Shown here one piece after another: positions 1-8,377 of a DNA stretch of 64,000 nucleotides (the first letter of the stretch is position 1; every line of letters starts with the position of its first letter). The stretch lies in contig JAPLUL010000057.1 in assembly GCA_026397635.1 (NCBI GenBank), positions 7,665 through 71,664 of the forward strand, given 5' to 3'. The DNA is from Verrucomicrobiota bacterium. GTDB taxonomy: Bacteria > Verrucomicrobiota > Verrucomicrobiia > Verrucomicrobiales > Verrucomicrobiaceae. The notes below the pieces were generated by a model. The model was not told the DNA's origin and did not search any database. It was given only the letters and a program-made list of their open reading frames with translations. The translations under genes were made by a program, and so were the position numbers.

Positions 1-2
1 AT

Positions 3-539
3 CACTTTACTTTCAATGGCCAGACGAGCGATTTCGCCGTCGGCATGCTTTCCACGTCTTTGAATGCCGCGCATGGCATCACCAGCTACCCCATTGTGGA
101 GTTGAACACGCTGGCGTCATACCTTGGGCTGCCAGCGCTCATTTACGGCCATGGTTCCAATGGGCCGCGCCTGGGGGCCAACACGGTCGATGTCCTGCTG
201 CCCTACAATTTCCCCGGAGGAACAGGCGATGACAGCTATGGCATCGGCTACAGATACAACAGCAGTCTTGCTGGCGATTCGATCGTCGAAGCTGGCGACT
301 CCAGCGGCCCGACCTTCATCCCGTGGCATGGAAGTCTGGCGCTTGTCGGCACCCATTCGGTTGTTGGAACGATCAGCAGCGTTCCGTATTCCATCGACAA
401 TTTCATCCCGATTTATCTCGGCCAGATGGAAACGGTCGGCATCGACTTCAGCGTTGTGCCGGAACCCTCGCGTTTTCTCCTGCTGCTGCTCGGCGCTTGC
501 GCCCTGCTGCGGCGCAGGCACCGTGCGCCAAGCGAATGA
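3..539 (+). CDS. PEP-CTERM sorting-domain surface protein (3' part; 5' end lies outside the window)
   Basis: The frame is open from base 3. The C-terminus VVPEPSRFLLLLLGACALLRRRHR is PEP motif + TM helix + Arg cluster. Confidence 0.9.
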   Translation, partial: HFTFNGQTSDFAVGMLSTSLNAAHGITSYPIVELNTLASYLGLPALIYGHGSNGPRLGANTVDVLLPYNFPGGTGDDSYGIGYRYNSSLAGDSIVEAGDSSGPTFIPWHGSLALVGTHSVVGTISSVPYSIDNFIPIYLGQMETVGIDFSVVPEPSRFLLLLLGACALLRRRHRAPSE

Positions 540-1762
540 CTCACGACACGGCGCAAAAGGAAATCGACTGGCTTTACAGCACGCAGCTCTTCGGCATCAA
601 GCTGGGGCTCGACAATGTGCAACGACTGCTGCGCGAGCTGGGGCTGCCTGCCGCAGGTCAGAAATTCATCCACGTCGCTGGAACGAATGGCAAAGGCTCC
701 ACCTGCGCCTTCATGCACTCGATTTTGAAGCAGGCGGGAATCAATGCTGGTTTGTTCACTTCGCCGCACTTGGTTCACTTCGGCGAGCGCATTCGGGATG
801 CGGAGCGCATGATTTCGTCAGATGAGATCTCTGCGGGCATCAACCGCCTGCGTGAGCGTGTTTCAGGCTGGAATCCGCATCCGACGTTCTTCGAGCTGAC
901 GCTGGCTCTGGCGCTCGAATGGTTCGCGCGGCGCGGAAATCCCTGGGTGGTCCTCGAAACGGGCTTGGGGGGACGTTTGGACGCCACGAACGCCCTGCTG
1001 CCTGCCGTGAGCGTCATCACGCCGATAGGCTGGGATCACATGGACATGCTAGGGGACACGTTGGCGAAGATCGCCGCTGAAAAAGCTGGGATCATCAAGC
1101 CGGGAGTGCCCGTGATCACGATGACGCAGGAGACGGAGGCGCTGGAGGTCATCCAAACAACCGCTGTGGAGCGTGGTGCGTCTCTCACGGTGCTCGAAAC
1201 CGCGTGGAGCCGCGAAACGGGACTGCCAGGGCCGCATCAGCGCTGGAATGCGGCGATGGCCGTCGCTGCATTGAAAGCTGCAGGCTTTGATTTTGCCGAA
1301 AACGTGATCCAAAGCGGCCTGCGCGAGGTGGAATGGCCAGCCCGCTTCCAAAAGATCCGTCCCGGCGTCGTCATCGACGGTGCGCACAATCTGGATGCCG
1401 CCCGTGTGCTGGTGCGGACGTGGCGGGAGCAGTTTCCGCAGCAGCGGGCGCAGGTCGTCTTCGGGGCGGTGGCGGGCAAGGATGTTTCCGGCGTGTTGCG
1501 GGAGATCGCGTCCATCGTGGATGGCTGGCATTTCACGTCTTTTGGATCACCCCGGGCGCTGCCTGCAGAAGAGCTTTGTCGCGTTTGGCAGGGGTTGGGA
1601 CTTGAGCCAAGGCCCGTGGCTATGCACGCCGACGTGGCGGAAGCGCTTCATGCGGCGGGAGGGGCGCAACATGTGCTCATCGCAGGTTCACTTTACCTCG
1701 CAGGAGAGGCCATTGCGTTGATCGAGGGCCAAGCGGATGCTTTTGAGCGCAGTGCGCAGTAG
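536..1762 (+). CDS. folC: Bifunctional folylpolyglutamate/dihydrofolate synthase
   Basis: Motifs GIKLGLDN, IHVAGTNGKGS, GLFTSPHL, ETGLGGRLDATN and DGAHN. The ATG at 536 overlaps the upstream stop (ATGA). Confidence 0.95.
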   Translation: MTHDTAQKEIDWLYSTQLFGIKLGLDNVQRLLRELGLPAAGQKFIHVAGTNGKGSTCAFMHSILKQAGINAGLFTSPHLVHFGERIRDAERMISSDEISAGINRLRERVSGWNPHPTFFELTLALALEWFARRGNPWVVLETGLGGRLDATNALLPAVSVITPIGWDHMDMLGDTLAKIAAEKAGIIKPGVPVITMTQETEALEVIQTTAVERGASLTVLETAWSRETGLPGPHQRWNAAMAVAALKAAGFDFAENVIQSGLREVEWPARFQKIRPGVVIDGAHNLDAARVLVRTWREQFPQQRAQVVFGAVAGKDVSGVLREIASIVDGWHFTSFGSPRALPAEELCRVWQGLGLEPRPVAMHADVAEALHAAGGAQHVLIAGSLYLAGEAIALIEGQADAFERSAQ

Positions 1763-1791
1763 TTTGGGCTTTTTTTGTCCCAGTCCCGGCA

Positions 1792-1821
1792 TTGACAGCA
1801 GGGGCATTCCATCGCTACTCA
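1792..1821 (+). promoter_or_regulatory. Possible sigma70 promoter for pgsA
   Basis: Perfect TTGACA at 1792-1797, 40 nt upstream of the pgsA start; the -10 element is weak. Confidence 0.3.
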
Positions 1822-1836
1822 GAAGACCGCCCTCTC

Positions 1837-2409
1837 ATGAACCTGCCCAACCAGCTCACCGTTGCCCGTCTTGCACTGACGGCGGTGTTTGTCGTGTGCT
1901 TTTACCTGCCGGTGGGGCACCACGTCACGATTGCGGCATTGGTTTTCGGCGTGGCGTCGGTCACGGATTACTTCGACGGGAAAATCGCGCGGGCGCGTGG
2001 CATTGTGACGAATTTTGGCAAGCTGTTCGACCCATTGGCGGACAAGATCCTCATCGCGGCGGCCTTCATCCTGCTGGTGGAGCAGGGGGATCTGCCGGCC
2101 TGGGTGGCGGTGGTGGTGCTGGCGCGTGAGTTTTTCGTGACGGGCATCCGGCTCATCGCAGCGGGGCAGGGGGCCATCCTGATGGCGGAAAAACTGGGGA
2201 AACATAAAATGCTCTGGCAGATCATCACGGTGAGCTGGTATCTCGTGAAACTGGCCTCAGAAGAGACGTTGTTTGGTTTTGCGAAACCGTTTTATGCCAC
2301 GGTGCCGGGCTGGGTGGGCGACATCATTGTGTATTTCACCACGCTGCTCACTCTGGTGTCCGGCTTCAGTTATTTCTGGAAGAACCGCCAGTTGTTCAAC
2401 GATGCCTGA
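1837..2409 (+). CDS. pgsA: CDP-diacylglycerol--glycerol-3-phosphate 3-phosphatidyltransferase
   Basis: MNLPNQLT start and CDP-alcohol phosphotransferase motif TDYFDGKIAR...GKLFDPLADK. Confidence 0.95.
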   Translation: MNLPNQLTVARLALTAVFVVCFYLPVGHHVTIAALVFGVASVTDYFDGKIARARGIVTNFGKLFDPLADKILIAAAFILLVEQGDLPAWVAVVVLAREFFVTGIRLIAAGQGAILMAEKLGKHKMLWQIITVSWYLVKLASEETLFGFAKPFYATVPGWVGDIIVYFTTLLTLVSGFSYFWKNRQLFNDA

Positions 2410-2424
2410 TCCTTTCCACACGCC

Positions 2425-2892
2425 ATGACTGCCGAACAACAACTCGCCTCCCTCGGACTGACCCTGCCGCCACCGCCGCCACGCGGCGGTGTTTACAAGC
2501 CCGTCGTCATCTTGGGCAATGTGGCCTACGTCTCCGGCCACGGGCCTTTCCTGGGTGATGGCGAATACATCTGCGGCCGGGTCGGCGCGGATCTGGATCT
2601 CGACGCGGGCAAGGCCGCCGCCAAACAAACCGCTCTCGCCCTGCTGGCGACGCTGAAAAGCGAACTCGGCAGCCTGGACCGCGTCAAGCGCGTAGTGAAG
2701 CTGCTCGGCATGGTGAATAGCACGCCCGATTTTCCGGATCATCCGAAGGTCATCAACGGCTGCAGCGAGCTGTTCGGCCAGATTTGGGGCGAGGAGCATG
2801 GCATCGGCGCACGCAGCGCGGTGGGCATGGGTTCGCTGCCGGGGAACATCGCTGTAGAGATCGAGGGCATCTTTGAGCTGCACGCCGCGTGA
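2425..2892 (+). CDS. RidA/YjgF family protein
   Basis: VSGHGP, VINGCSELF and GARSAVG-SLPGNIAVEIE motifs. Confidence 0.9.
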   Translation: MTAEQQLASLGLTLPPPPPRGGVYKPVVILGNVAYVSGHGPFLGDGEYICGRVGADLDLDAGKAAAKQTALALLATLKSELGSLDRVKRVVKLLGMVNSTPDFPDHPKVINGCSELFGQIWGEEHGIGARSAVGMGSLPGNIAVEIEGIFELHAA

Positions 2893-2960
2893 GAACTCTC
2901 CGTGCCGCAAGGTATCATGCCGCCCTGCAGGAGTGGGTTTGAAAACTACGGAGGTGCCGC

Positions 2961-3728
2961 TCAGAAAGCGATGATCTGGAAAGGCAGGCTATCCCGCACC
3001 TTCACGTCCGAAGGCGTGCTCATGAGCTTCACCAACTGACGTGCCCATTCCCGGATGGCAAACTTGGCCTGTCCCGAGGCAAACAGTTCCTGTGGAAAGA
3101 AGAGAAGGAGGGTCTTGGCCTCCTCCTTGTCGGCAAACTCGAACCAGGACTTGCGTGTTTTGGGTTCGATGATCATGCCTTCGATGGCCATCTGCCCTCG
3201 GGCCGGTTTTGCCAGCAAATCACCCACCATGGGCAGGGTCACAAGGTCCACAGCCTCACGTACGGCCAGCCCCGTCAGTGTGTTGGGTTCCCATTCGAGG
3301 ATGGAGAGCTTCAGGGTCATGGCGTCTTTGGCAGGCGCGTCCACGAGGGTGAATCGCGGTGTTTTGGCAGATTTGAAGGCGCGCGTGAATTTTTCATGCG
3401 CGTAGTCGGCGAGCTTAGCCACTTTCTGGGTCCGCCGCTCCTGGCTGAACTCAAGTTTGCTGAGCTTTTGCCGCATCGGCCGCAGGTGATCCGAGGTCAC
3501 TGGGGCGATGTAGATTTTTTTCACTTTCTCCGCAGCTTTTTGCACGCGTGGGTCCGGGTTCCACCAGTTGCCGAGGAAGGGCGAGCGCTTGCGGTCTTCA
3601 GTCAGTTTCGCTGCATTGGGCAGAAAGCTGGAGGGCTTCACTTCCACGGCTGCCACCACGCTCTTCGCAGAACGGCAGGACAGCAGCATCAAGGGCAGGA
3701 TCAGACAAAGGGTGGCGCGGGTTAGCAT
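2961..3728 (-). CDS. Lipoprotein, DUF3313-like
   Basis: Signal peptide with lipobox LLSC; size and the IYIAPV / FADKE segments resemble DUF3313. Confidence 0.6.
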   Translation of the reverse strand: MLTRATLCLILPLMLLSCRSAKSVVAAVEVKPSSFLPNAAKLTEDRKRSPFLGNWWNPDPRVQKAAEKVKKIYIAPVTSDHLRPMRQKLSKLEFSQERRTQKVAKLADYAHEKFTRAFKSAKTPRFTLVDAPAKDAMTLKLSILEWEPNTLTGLAVREAVDLVTLPMVGDLLAKPARGQMAIEGMIIEPKTRKSWFEFADKEEAKTLLLFFPQELFASGQAKFAIREWARQLVKLMSTPSDVKVRDSLPFQIIAF

Positions 3729-3938
3729 CGAGAAATAAAGGCAGTTCGATACGTCTGAGGGCATAGGATGGCAAATATTTCATCTTCAGCAGCATGTGGC
3801 GGAGGCTGCCACCCGGCCGGTACAAACATCTGCGCATCATTTGCGCCAATCATCGCCGGATGTTAGCTTTCCGTCCCCTCTACTGGCGCTCTTGCCGGTG
3901 AAGAACCCTGTTCTGACCGTAATTTCCCCCTTTTTTCC

Positions 3939-5462
3939 ATGGCCTGGCTTTCCTCTTTCGGCACTCTCGGTGAGATTCTCAGCTTCCTTATCCTTCTCCT
4001 GGAGGTCATCCTGGTCTTCAACCTCATGATCGTCGTCCACGAATGGGGTCATTTCCTTGCCGCCCGCTGGCGTGGCCTCAAAATCGACAAGTTTTACATC
4101 TGGTTCGGCAAGCCGATCTGGAAAAAGACCCTCAACGGCGTGGAATACGGCCTCGGCAGCATCCCCGCTGGTGGATTTGTGGCCCTACCGCAGATGGCCC
4201 CCATGGGCGGCCTCGAAGGTGAGACCAGCACGGAAACGCTTCCGCCCATCACTCCGCTGGACAAGGCCATCGTGGCCTTCGCCGGTCCGTTGTTCAGTTT
4301 CATGCTTGCCTGCTTGTTCGCCGTGGCCGTTTGGCTCGTTGGCAAGCCTCAAAGTGAGGCGCACACCACCACCATCGTCGGTCGTGTGGAACAAGGCGGC
4401 CCTGCCATGCAGGCTGGTATTCTCCCTGGTGACAAGGTGCTCAACGTGGATGGCCAGCCGGTGAAACGCTTCGAAGGACTCGTGGATAGCGTGCGCTGGA
4501 GCGTCGTGGCCAGCGAGGGAGACAAGATCGCCTTCGAGGTGGAACGTCCAGGCCAAGGCGTGATGAAATTCGACGTCGATCCGAAGTCCTGGCCGAAGTC
4601 CGACCAGCCCGCCGCGCCCACCTCCTGGTGGAGTGCCATTTTCAAGCGTCCAGACCTCCGCTCCGTCGGTCTGGAAGGCCAGATGACTCCCATGGTCGGC
4701 AGCATCGCCCCAAACAGCCCGGCGGGAGAAGCGGGACTCAAGGCCAATGATCTCGTGGTCAAGGCCGATGGCAAACCTCTGCGCAGCATGGGAGAGCTGG
4801 GAGATTACATCAAGGCCACTCCTGGCAAGACGATCATGCTTGATGTCGAACGCGATGGCAAAGTCCTTCAAATTCCCGTTGTGCCGCGCATTCCAGATCA
4901 GAGCAATCTGAAGGAATTCACGGAAGACAAAAAAGAATACCCGATGATCGGTGTGGCCTGGGATGTGGAGGGCAAGCGCACCCCCGTCATTCTCACGCCC
5001 TGGGAGCAGATCAGCGACGCCGTGCGTCACATGGGCAACCTCGTCTCCAAGCTGGTCTCGCCCAAGTCCGACCTCAGCCCTGCTCATATGAGCGGCCCTG
5101 TGGGTGTCGGTCGTCTCTACTACAAGCTCTTCCAGCACCCCGATGGCTGGCGTCTCGTGTTGTGGTTCAGCGTCGTCTTCAACATCAACCTCGCCATTCT
5201 TAACATGATGCCGCTGCCCGTGCTCGACGGTGGTCACATCACCATGGCCGCGATCGAAGCCATCCGCCGCAAGCCGGCGCAGGGGCGCATCCTCGAATAT
5301 GTGCAGACTGCCTGCGCCTTGATGCTGTTTGGCTTCATCATCTTCGTCACCCTCAAAGACACCGGCGATTTCTTCGGCGGCGGTGCCAAAGATGGCAAGG
5401 AGCTCAAGATCCAATGGCTTTCCAAGGAACAGCGCGCAGCCAAGGTCGGCCCAGGTGCCTGA
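3939..5462 (+). CDS. rseP: Site-2 (RIP) zinc metalloprotease with two PDZ domains
   Basis: HEWGH zinc motif, GGFV, two PDZ-like segments (GPAMQAGI, SPAGEAGL) and NLAILNMMPLPVLDGG. Confidence 0.95.
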   Translation: MAWLSSFGTLGEILSFLILLLEVILVFNLMIVVHEWGHFLAARWRGLKIDKFYIWFGKPIWKKTLNGVEYGLGSIPAGGFVALPQMAPMGGLEGETSTETLPPITPLDKAIVAFAGPLFSFMLACLFAVAVWLVGKPQSEAHTTTIVGRVEQGGPAMQAGILPGDKVLNVDGQPVKRFEGLVDSVRWSVVASEGDKIAFEVERPGQGVMKFDVDPKSWPKSDQPAAPTSWWSAIFKRPDLRSVGLEGQMTPMVGSIAPNSPAGEAGLKANDLVVKADGKPLRSMGELGDYIKATPGKTIMLDVERDGKVLQIPVVPRIPDQSNLKEFTEDKKEYPMIGVAWDVEGKRTPVILTPWEQISDAVRHMGNLVSKLVSPKSDLSPAHMSGPVGVGRLYYKLFQHPDGWRLVLWFSVVFNINLAILNMMPLPVLDGGHITMAAIEAIRRKPAQGRILEYVQTACALMLFGFIIFVTLKDTGDFFGGGAKDGKELKIQWLSKEQRAAKVGPGA

Positions 5463-5474
5463 TTTCCGCCCGCC

Positions 5475-6644
5475 ATGCGCGTCCTCATCCTCGTCGAAAA
5501 CCTTCCGGTGCCTTTCGACCGGCGCGTGTGGCAGGAAGCCTGCGCGTTGCGGGATGCCGGTCATCAGGTCACGGTGATCTGCCCGCAGATGCGTGGCTAC
5601 ACGCAGCCGGAAGAAGTGCTCGAAGGCATCCAGATCTACCGCCACTGGATCAGCGGCGAGGCGAAGTCGGTGGGTGGTTTTGTTTCCGAGTACGCCTCTG
5701 CCTTGTGGGGTGAATTCCGCTGTGCGCTCAAAGCTTGGCGTCGAGGCGGATTCGACGTCATTCATCTCTGCAATCCGCCTGATCTGCTCTTCCTCGTTGC
5801 CCTGCCCTTCAAGCTCTTGGGCGGCGTGAAAGTCATCTTTGACGTGCATGATCTGTGGCCGGAGATGTTTGAGGCGAAGTTTGGCAGACGTGGCCTCATG
5901 TACTGGGCCGTGCGCATCGCCGAGCGCTGCACGCTCGCCCTCGCCAATGTCGTCATCGCCACCAACCAAAGCGTACTCCGCGTCGTGAAGGAACGCGGCA
6001 AGCTGCGGGATGACCGCGCCTTCGTCGTCCGTACTGCTCCGAACCGCATGAAAACCACGGCGGAGCCGGATGAATCACTGCGGGTAGGAAAAAAACACCT
6101 CGTCGGCTACATCGGCGTCATGGGCAATGCCGATGGCGTCGATTACCTCGTCCGCGCCGCCGATCACGTCGTTAAAACGCGCCAACGCAGCGATGTGCAG
6201 TTCCTTCTGATGGGGTCCGGCCCCGAGCATGCCGAATTGCTTCAGTTGCGCGACCAACTCTGCCTGCAGGACCACATCAGCATGCCTGGGCGGGTCAGCG
6301 ATGAGTTTTTGTGCCGCGCCTTGCGCAGCATCGACCTCGGCGTCGCCTGCGATCCCATCAACGCCTACAACGACCACTGCACCATGAACAAAGTCCTCGA
6401 ATACATGGCCTTCGCGAAGCCGATCGTCATGTTCGGCACCGTTGAGGGTCGTTTCTCCGCCGGACACGGCGCGGTTTATGTCATGGAAAACAGCGCCCAA
6501 CAGCTCGGAGATGCCATCCTCGCCTTACTCGACGACGAATCCCGCCGCGAAACCCTCGCCGCCGCCGGTCATACGCGTTTGACCCAGGAACTGAACTGGG
6601 AACACAGCGTGGAGCAACTCCTGGCCGCGTATCGTGCAGCTTAA
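5475..6644 (+). CDS. Glycosyltransferase family 4
   Basis: ENLPVPFDRRVWQEA N-terminus, DVHDLWPE, NKVLEYMAFAKPIV. Confidence 0.9.
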   Translation: MRVLILVENLPVPFDRRVWQEACALRDAGHQVTVICPQMRGYTQPEEVLEGIQIYRHWISGEAKSVGGFVSEYASALWGEFRCALKAWRRGGFDVIHLCNPPDLLFLVALPFKLLGGVKVIFDVHDLWPEMFEAKFGRRGLMYWAVRIAERCTLALANVVIATNQSVLRVVKERGKLRDDRAFVVRTAPNRMKTTAEPDESLRVGKKHLVGYIGVMGNADGVDYLVRAADHVVKTRQRSDVQFLLMGSGPEHAELLQLRDQLCLQDHISMPGRVSDEFLCRALRSIDLGVACDPINAYNDHCTMNKVLEYMAFAKPIVMFGTVEGRFSAGHGAVYVMENSAQQLGDAILALLDDESRRETLAAAGHTRLTQELNWEHSVEQLLAAYRAA

Positions 6645-6748
6645 AATGCGAAGGATGCAAAAGGGAAATCCCTCGGGGCATATGGTTTATTTTGGGATTA
6701 TCGGTAGGGATGTCTTGCTAAGTGGGCCGCTTGCGCTTAAAACGCCCC

Positions 6749-7762
6749 ATGCAATCGGCGCAGAACCAAGGCGGTGACGCCATCAAGTTCGAACCCTTCG
6801 CGCCGCCCTCGACGGCGGAGCTGGATGTCCTTATTCCCGGTTACCAGTTCCTCGAATTCATCGACAGTGGCGGCATGGGGGCGGTGTACAAGGCGGTGCA
6901 GAAAAGCCTCAACCGCACCGTGGCCGTGAAGCTGCTGCCCCAGGTGCATCGCAACAAAGCCACCTTCGCCGAGCGCTTCCGGCGCGAGGCCGAGGCGCTC
7001 GCACGGCTCAATCATCCGCACATTGTCGCCGTGTATGACTTTGGCGAGACCGCCGAGGGCCAGATGTATTACACCATGGAGTTCGTCTCCGGCATGGACT
7101 TGCAGCACCTGCTGAAGCGCGACTCGCCCGAGCCACGGCAGATCCTCAAAATCATTACCCAGGTCTGCGAGGCGCTGCAGTTCGCGCACGAGCGCGGCAT
7201 CGTGCATCGCGATGTTAAGCCCGCGAATATCCTCATCGACGAGCGTGGGAATGTGAAAGTGGCGGACTTCGGCTTAGCGAAAGTCGTCGGCCCGCAGTCG
7301 GCAGATTACACAGCCACCGGCACGACGCTTGGTACGCCGCACTACATCGCGCCCGAGGCGCTCAATCACGACGGGAAGATCGACCACCGCGCGGACATTT
7401 ACTCCCTCGGCGTGATGATTTATGAGATCTTCACCGGACACCTGCCCAAGGGCGCATGGGAGCCACCTTCCGTCTGCTCCGGTGCTGACAAGGGCATCGA
7501 CGTCGTCGTCAGCAAGGCGATGCAGAGCAACCCGGAGAAGCGCTACCAGCACATCAGCGACATGACGCAGGTGCTGGAGAAGCTGCTCAGGAACAGCGAC
7601 AACTGGAAAAATTTCCGCCGCTTTCCAAAGAGTGTGGTCACGACTCCCGATGAGAAACTGGGCCGGATCCCCACCGATGCTGACACAATCCAGATCCAAA
7701 CCCGCAAACCTCTGGCAATGTGCCAGCTAAGGCGGCGGCCTTGCTTCTGCTCAGTGCACTGA
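6749..7762 (+). CDS. Hanks-type Ser/Thr protein kinase (N-terminal part of a probable kinase-TM-LRR gene split by a frameshift)
   Basis: GGMGAVY, VAVK, HRDVKPAN, DFG and APE motifs are all intact. Confidence 0.92.
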   Translation: MQSAQNQGGDAIKFEPFAPPSTAELDVLIPGYQFLEFIDSGGMGAVYKAVQKSLNRTVAVKLLPQVHRNKATFAERFRREAEALARLNHPHIVAVYDFGETAEGQMYYTMEFVSGMDLQHLLKRDSPEPRQILKIITQVCEALQFAHERGIVHRDVKPANILIDERGNVKVADFGLAKVVGPQSADYTATGTTLGTPHYIAPEALNHDGKIDHRADIYSLGVMIYEIFTGHLPKGAWEPPSVCSGADKGIDVVVSKAMQSNPEKRYQHISDMTQVLEKLLRNSDNWKNFRRFPKSVVTTPDEKLGRIPTDADTIQIQTRKPLAMCQLRRRPCFCSVH

Positions 7763-8331
7763 CCGCCTTTGGATGGCGTGCGGTGCGGCCTGCCACATCC
7801 TCAGGCCTGGTTTCAGTCTCCGTGCCTGACGTAGAGCAGGCTCAGGCAGCTCCAGAGCAGGTGAGGCTGGCCGAGTGGGTTTTCGCCCATGAAGGATTTC
7901 TCAATGTCAGCACTCCTGCCACAGCGGAGAAGGGGATGGGCGGGAATGCCGACGTCTGGCAGATGGACCGATTGAGGAATGAGTCCTTCACTGTGTGGCG
8001 GGTCTGTTTTGCCGTCTCGGGTCTGCCGATCTCCAATGAAACAGACCTGCAGGAACTCGTCGCACTCCTCAAAGCCGCAGGCACGGTCACCAACCTCAAT
8101 CTGCGTGGTTTGCAGGTGCCTGCCACGGCACTGAGCAGCCTTTCCAGTCTCAGCAACCTCAGCCACCTCGATCTCACCTCAAGTCCGGTGATCACTCGTG
8201 AAGCGCTGCCCTATCTCTCATCCTGCAAGCAATTGAAATGGTTGCGCGTGAGCGACTCCGTGGATCATGCGCTTCTGGCGGAGTTGCGGCTCTTGCTGCC
8301 GGACTGTGATATTCACGATACAGGACTGTGA
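7684..8331 (+). CDS. TM helix + leucine-rich-repeat domain; probable frameshifted C-terminal half of the kinase
   Basis: The frame is open from 7684 and overlaps the kinase 3' end. It encodes AAALLLLSALTAFGW (TM), LRR units (LSNLSHLDLTSS, CKQLKWLRVS) and a terminal LPDCDI cap. Confidence 0.7.
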   Translation, partial: HNPDPNPQTSGNVPAKAAALLLLSALTAFGWRAVRPATSSGLVSVSVPDVEQAQAAPEQVRLAEWVFAHEGFLNVSTPATAEKGMGGNADVWQMDRLRNESFTVWRVCFAVSGLPISNETDLQELVALLKAAGTVTNLNLRGLQVPATALSSLSSLSNLSHLDLTSSPVITREALPYLSSCKQLKWLRVSDSVDHALLAELRLLLPDCDIHDTGL

Positions 8332-8340
8332 TATTCACGA
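8301..8340. repeat. 18-bp perfect direct repeat (22-nt period)
   Basis: GGACTGTGATATTCACGA at 8301-8318 and 8323-8340. Confidence 0.95.
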
Positions 8341-8377
8341 AAAATGACCTGAATTCACCTCAACCCACGCCCATCCC

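Noticed and set aside
4185-5969. 594-aa minus-strand ORF
   Set aside because: It is the antisense shadow of rseP and the GT4; typical of high-GC codon bias, with no motifs.
7698-7704. AAACCCG as a programmed -1 slippery site
   Set aside because: It is out of phase for X XXY YYZ in the kinase frame, and no clear downstream stimulatory structure was seen.
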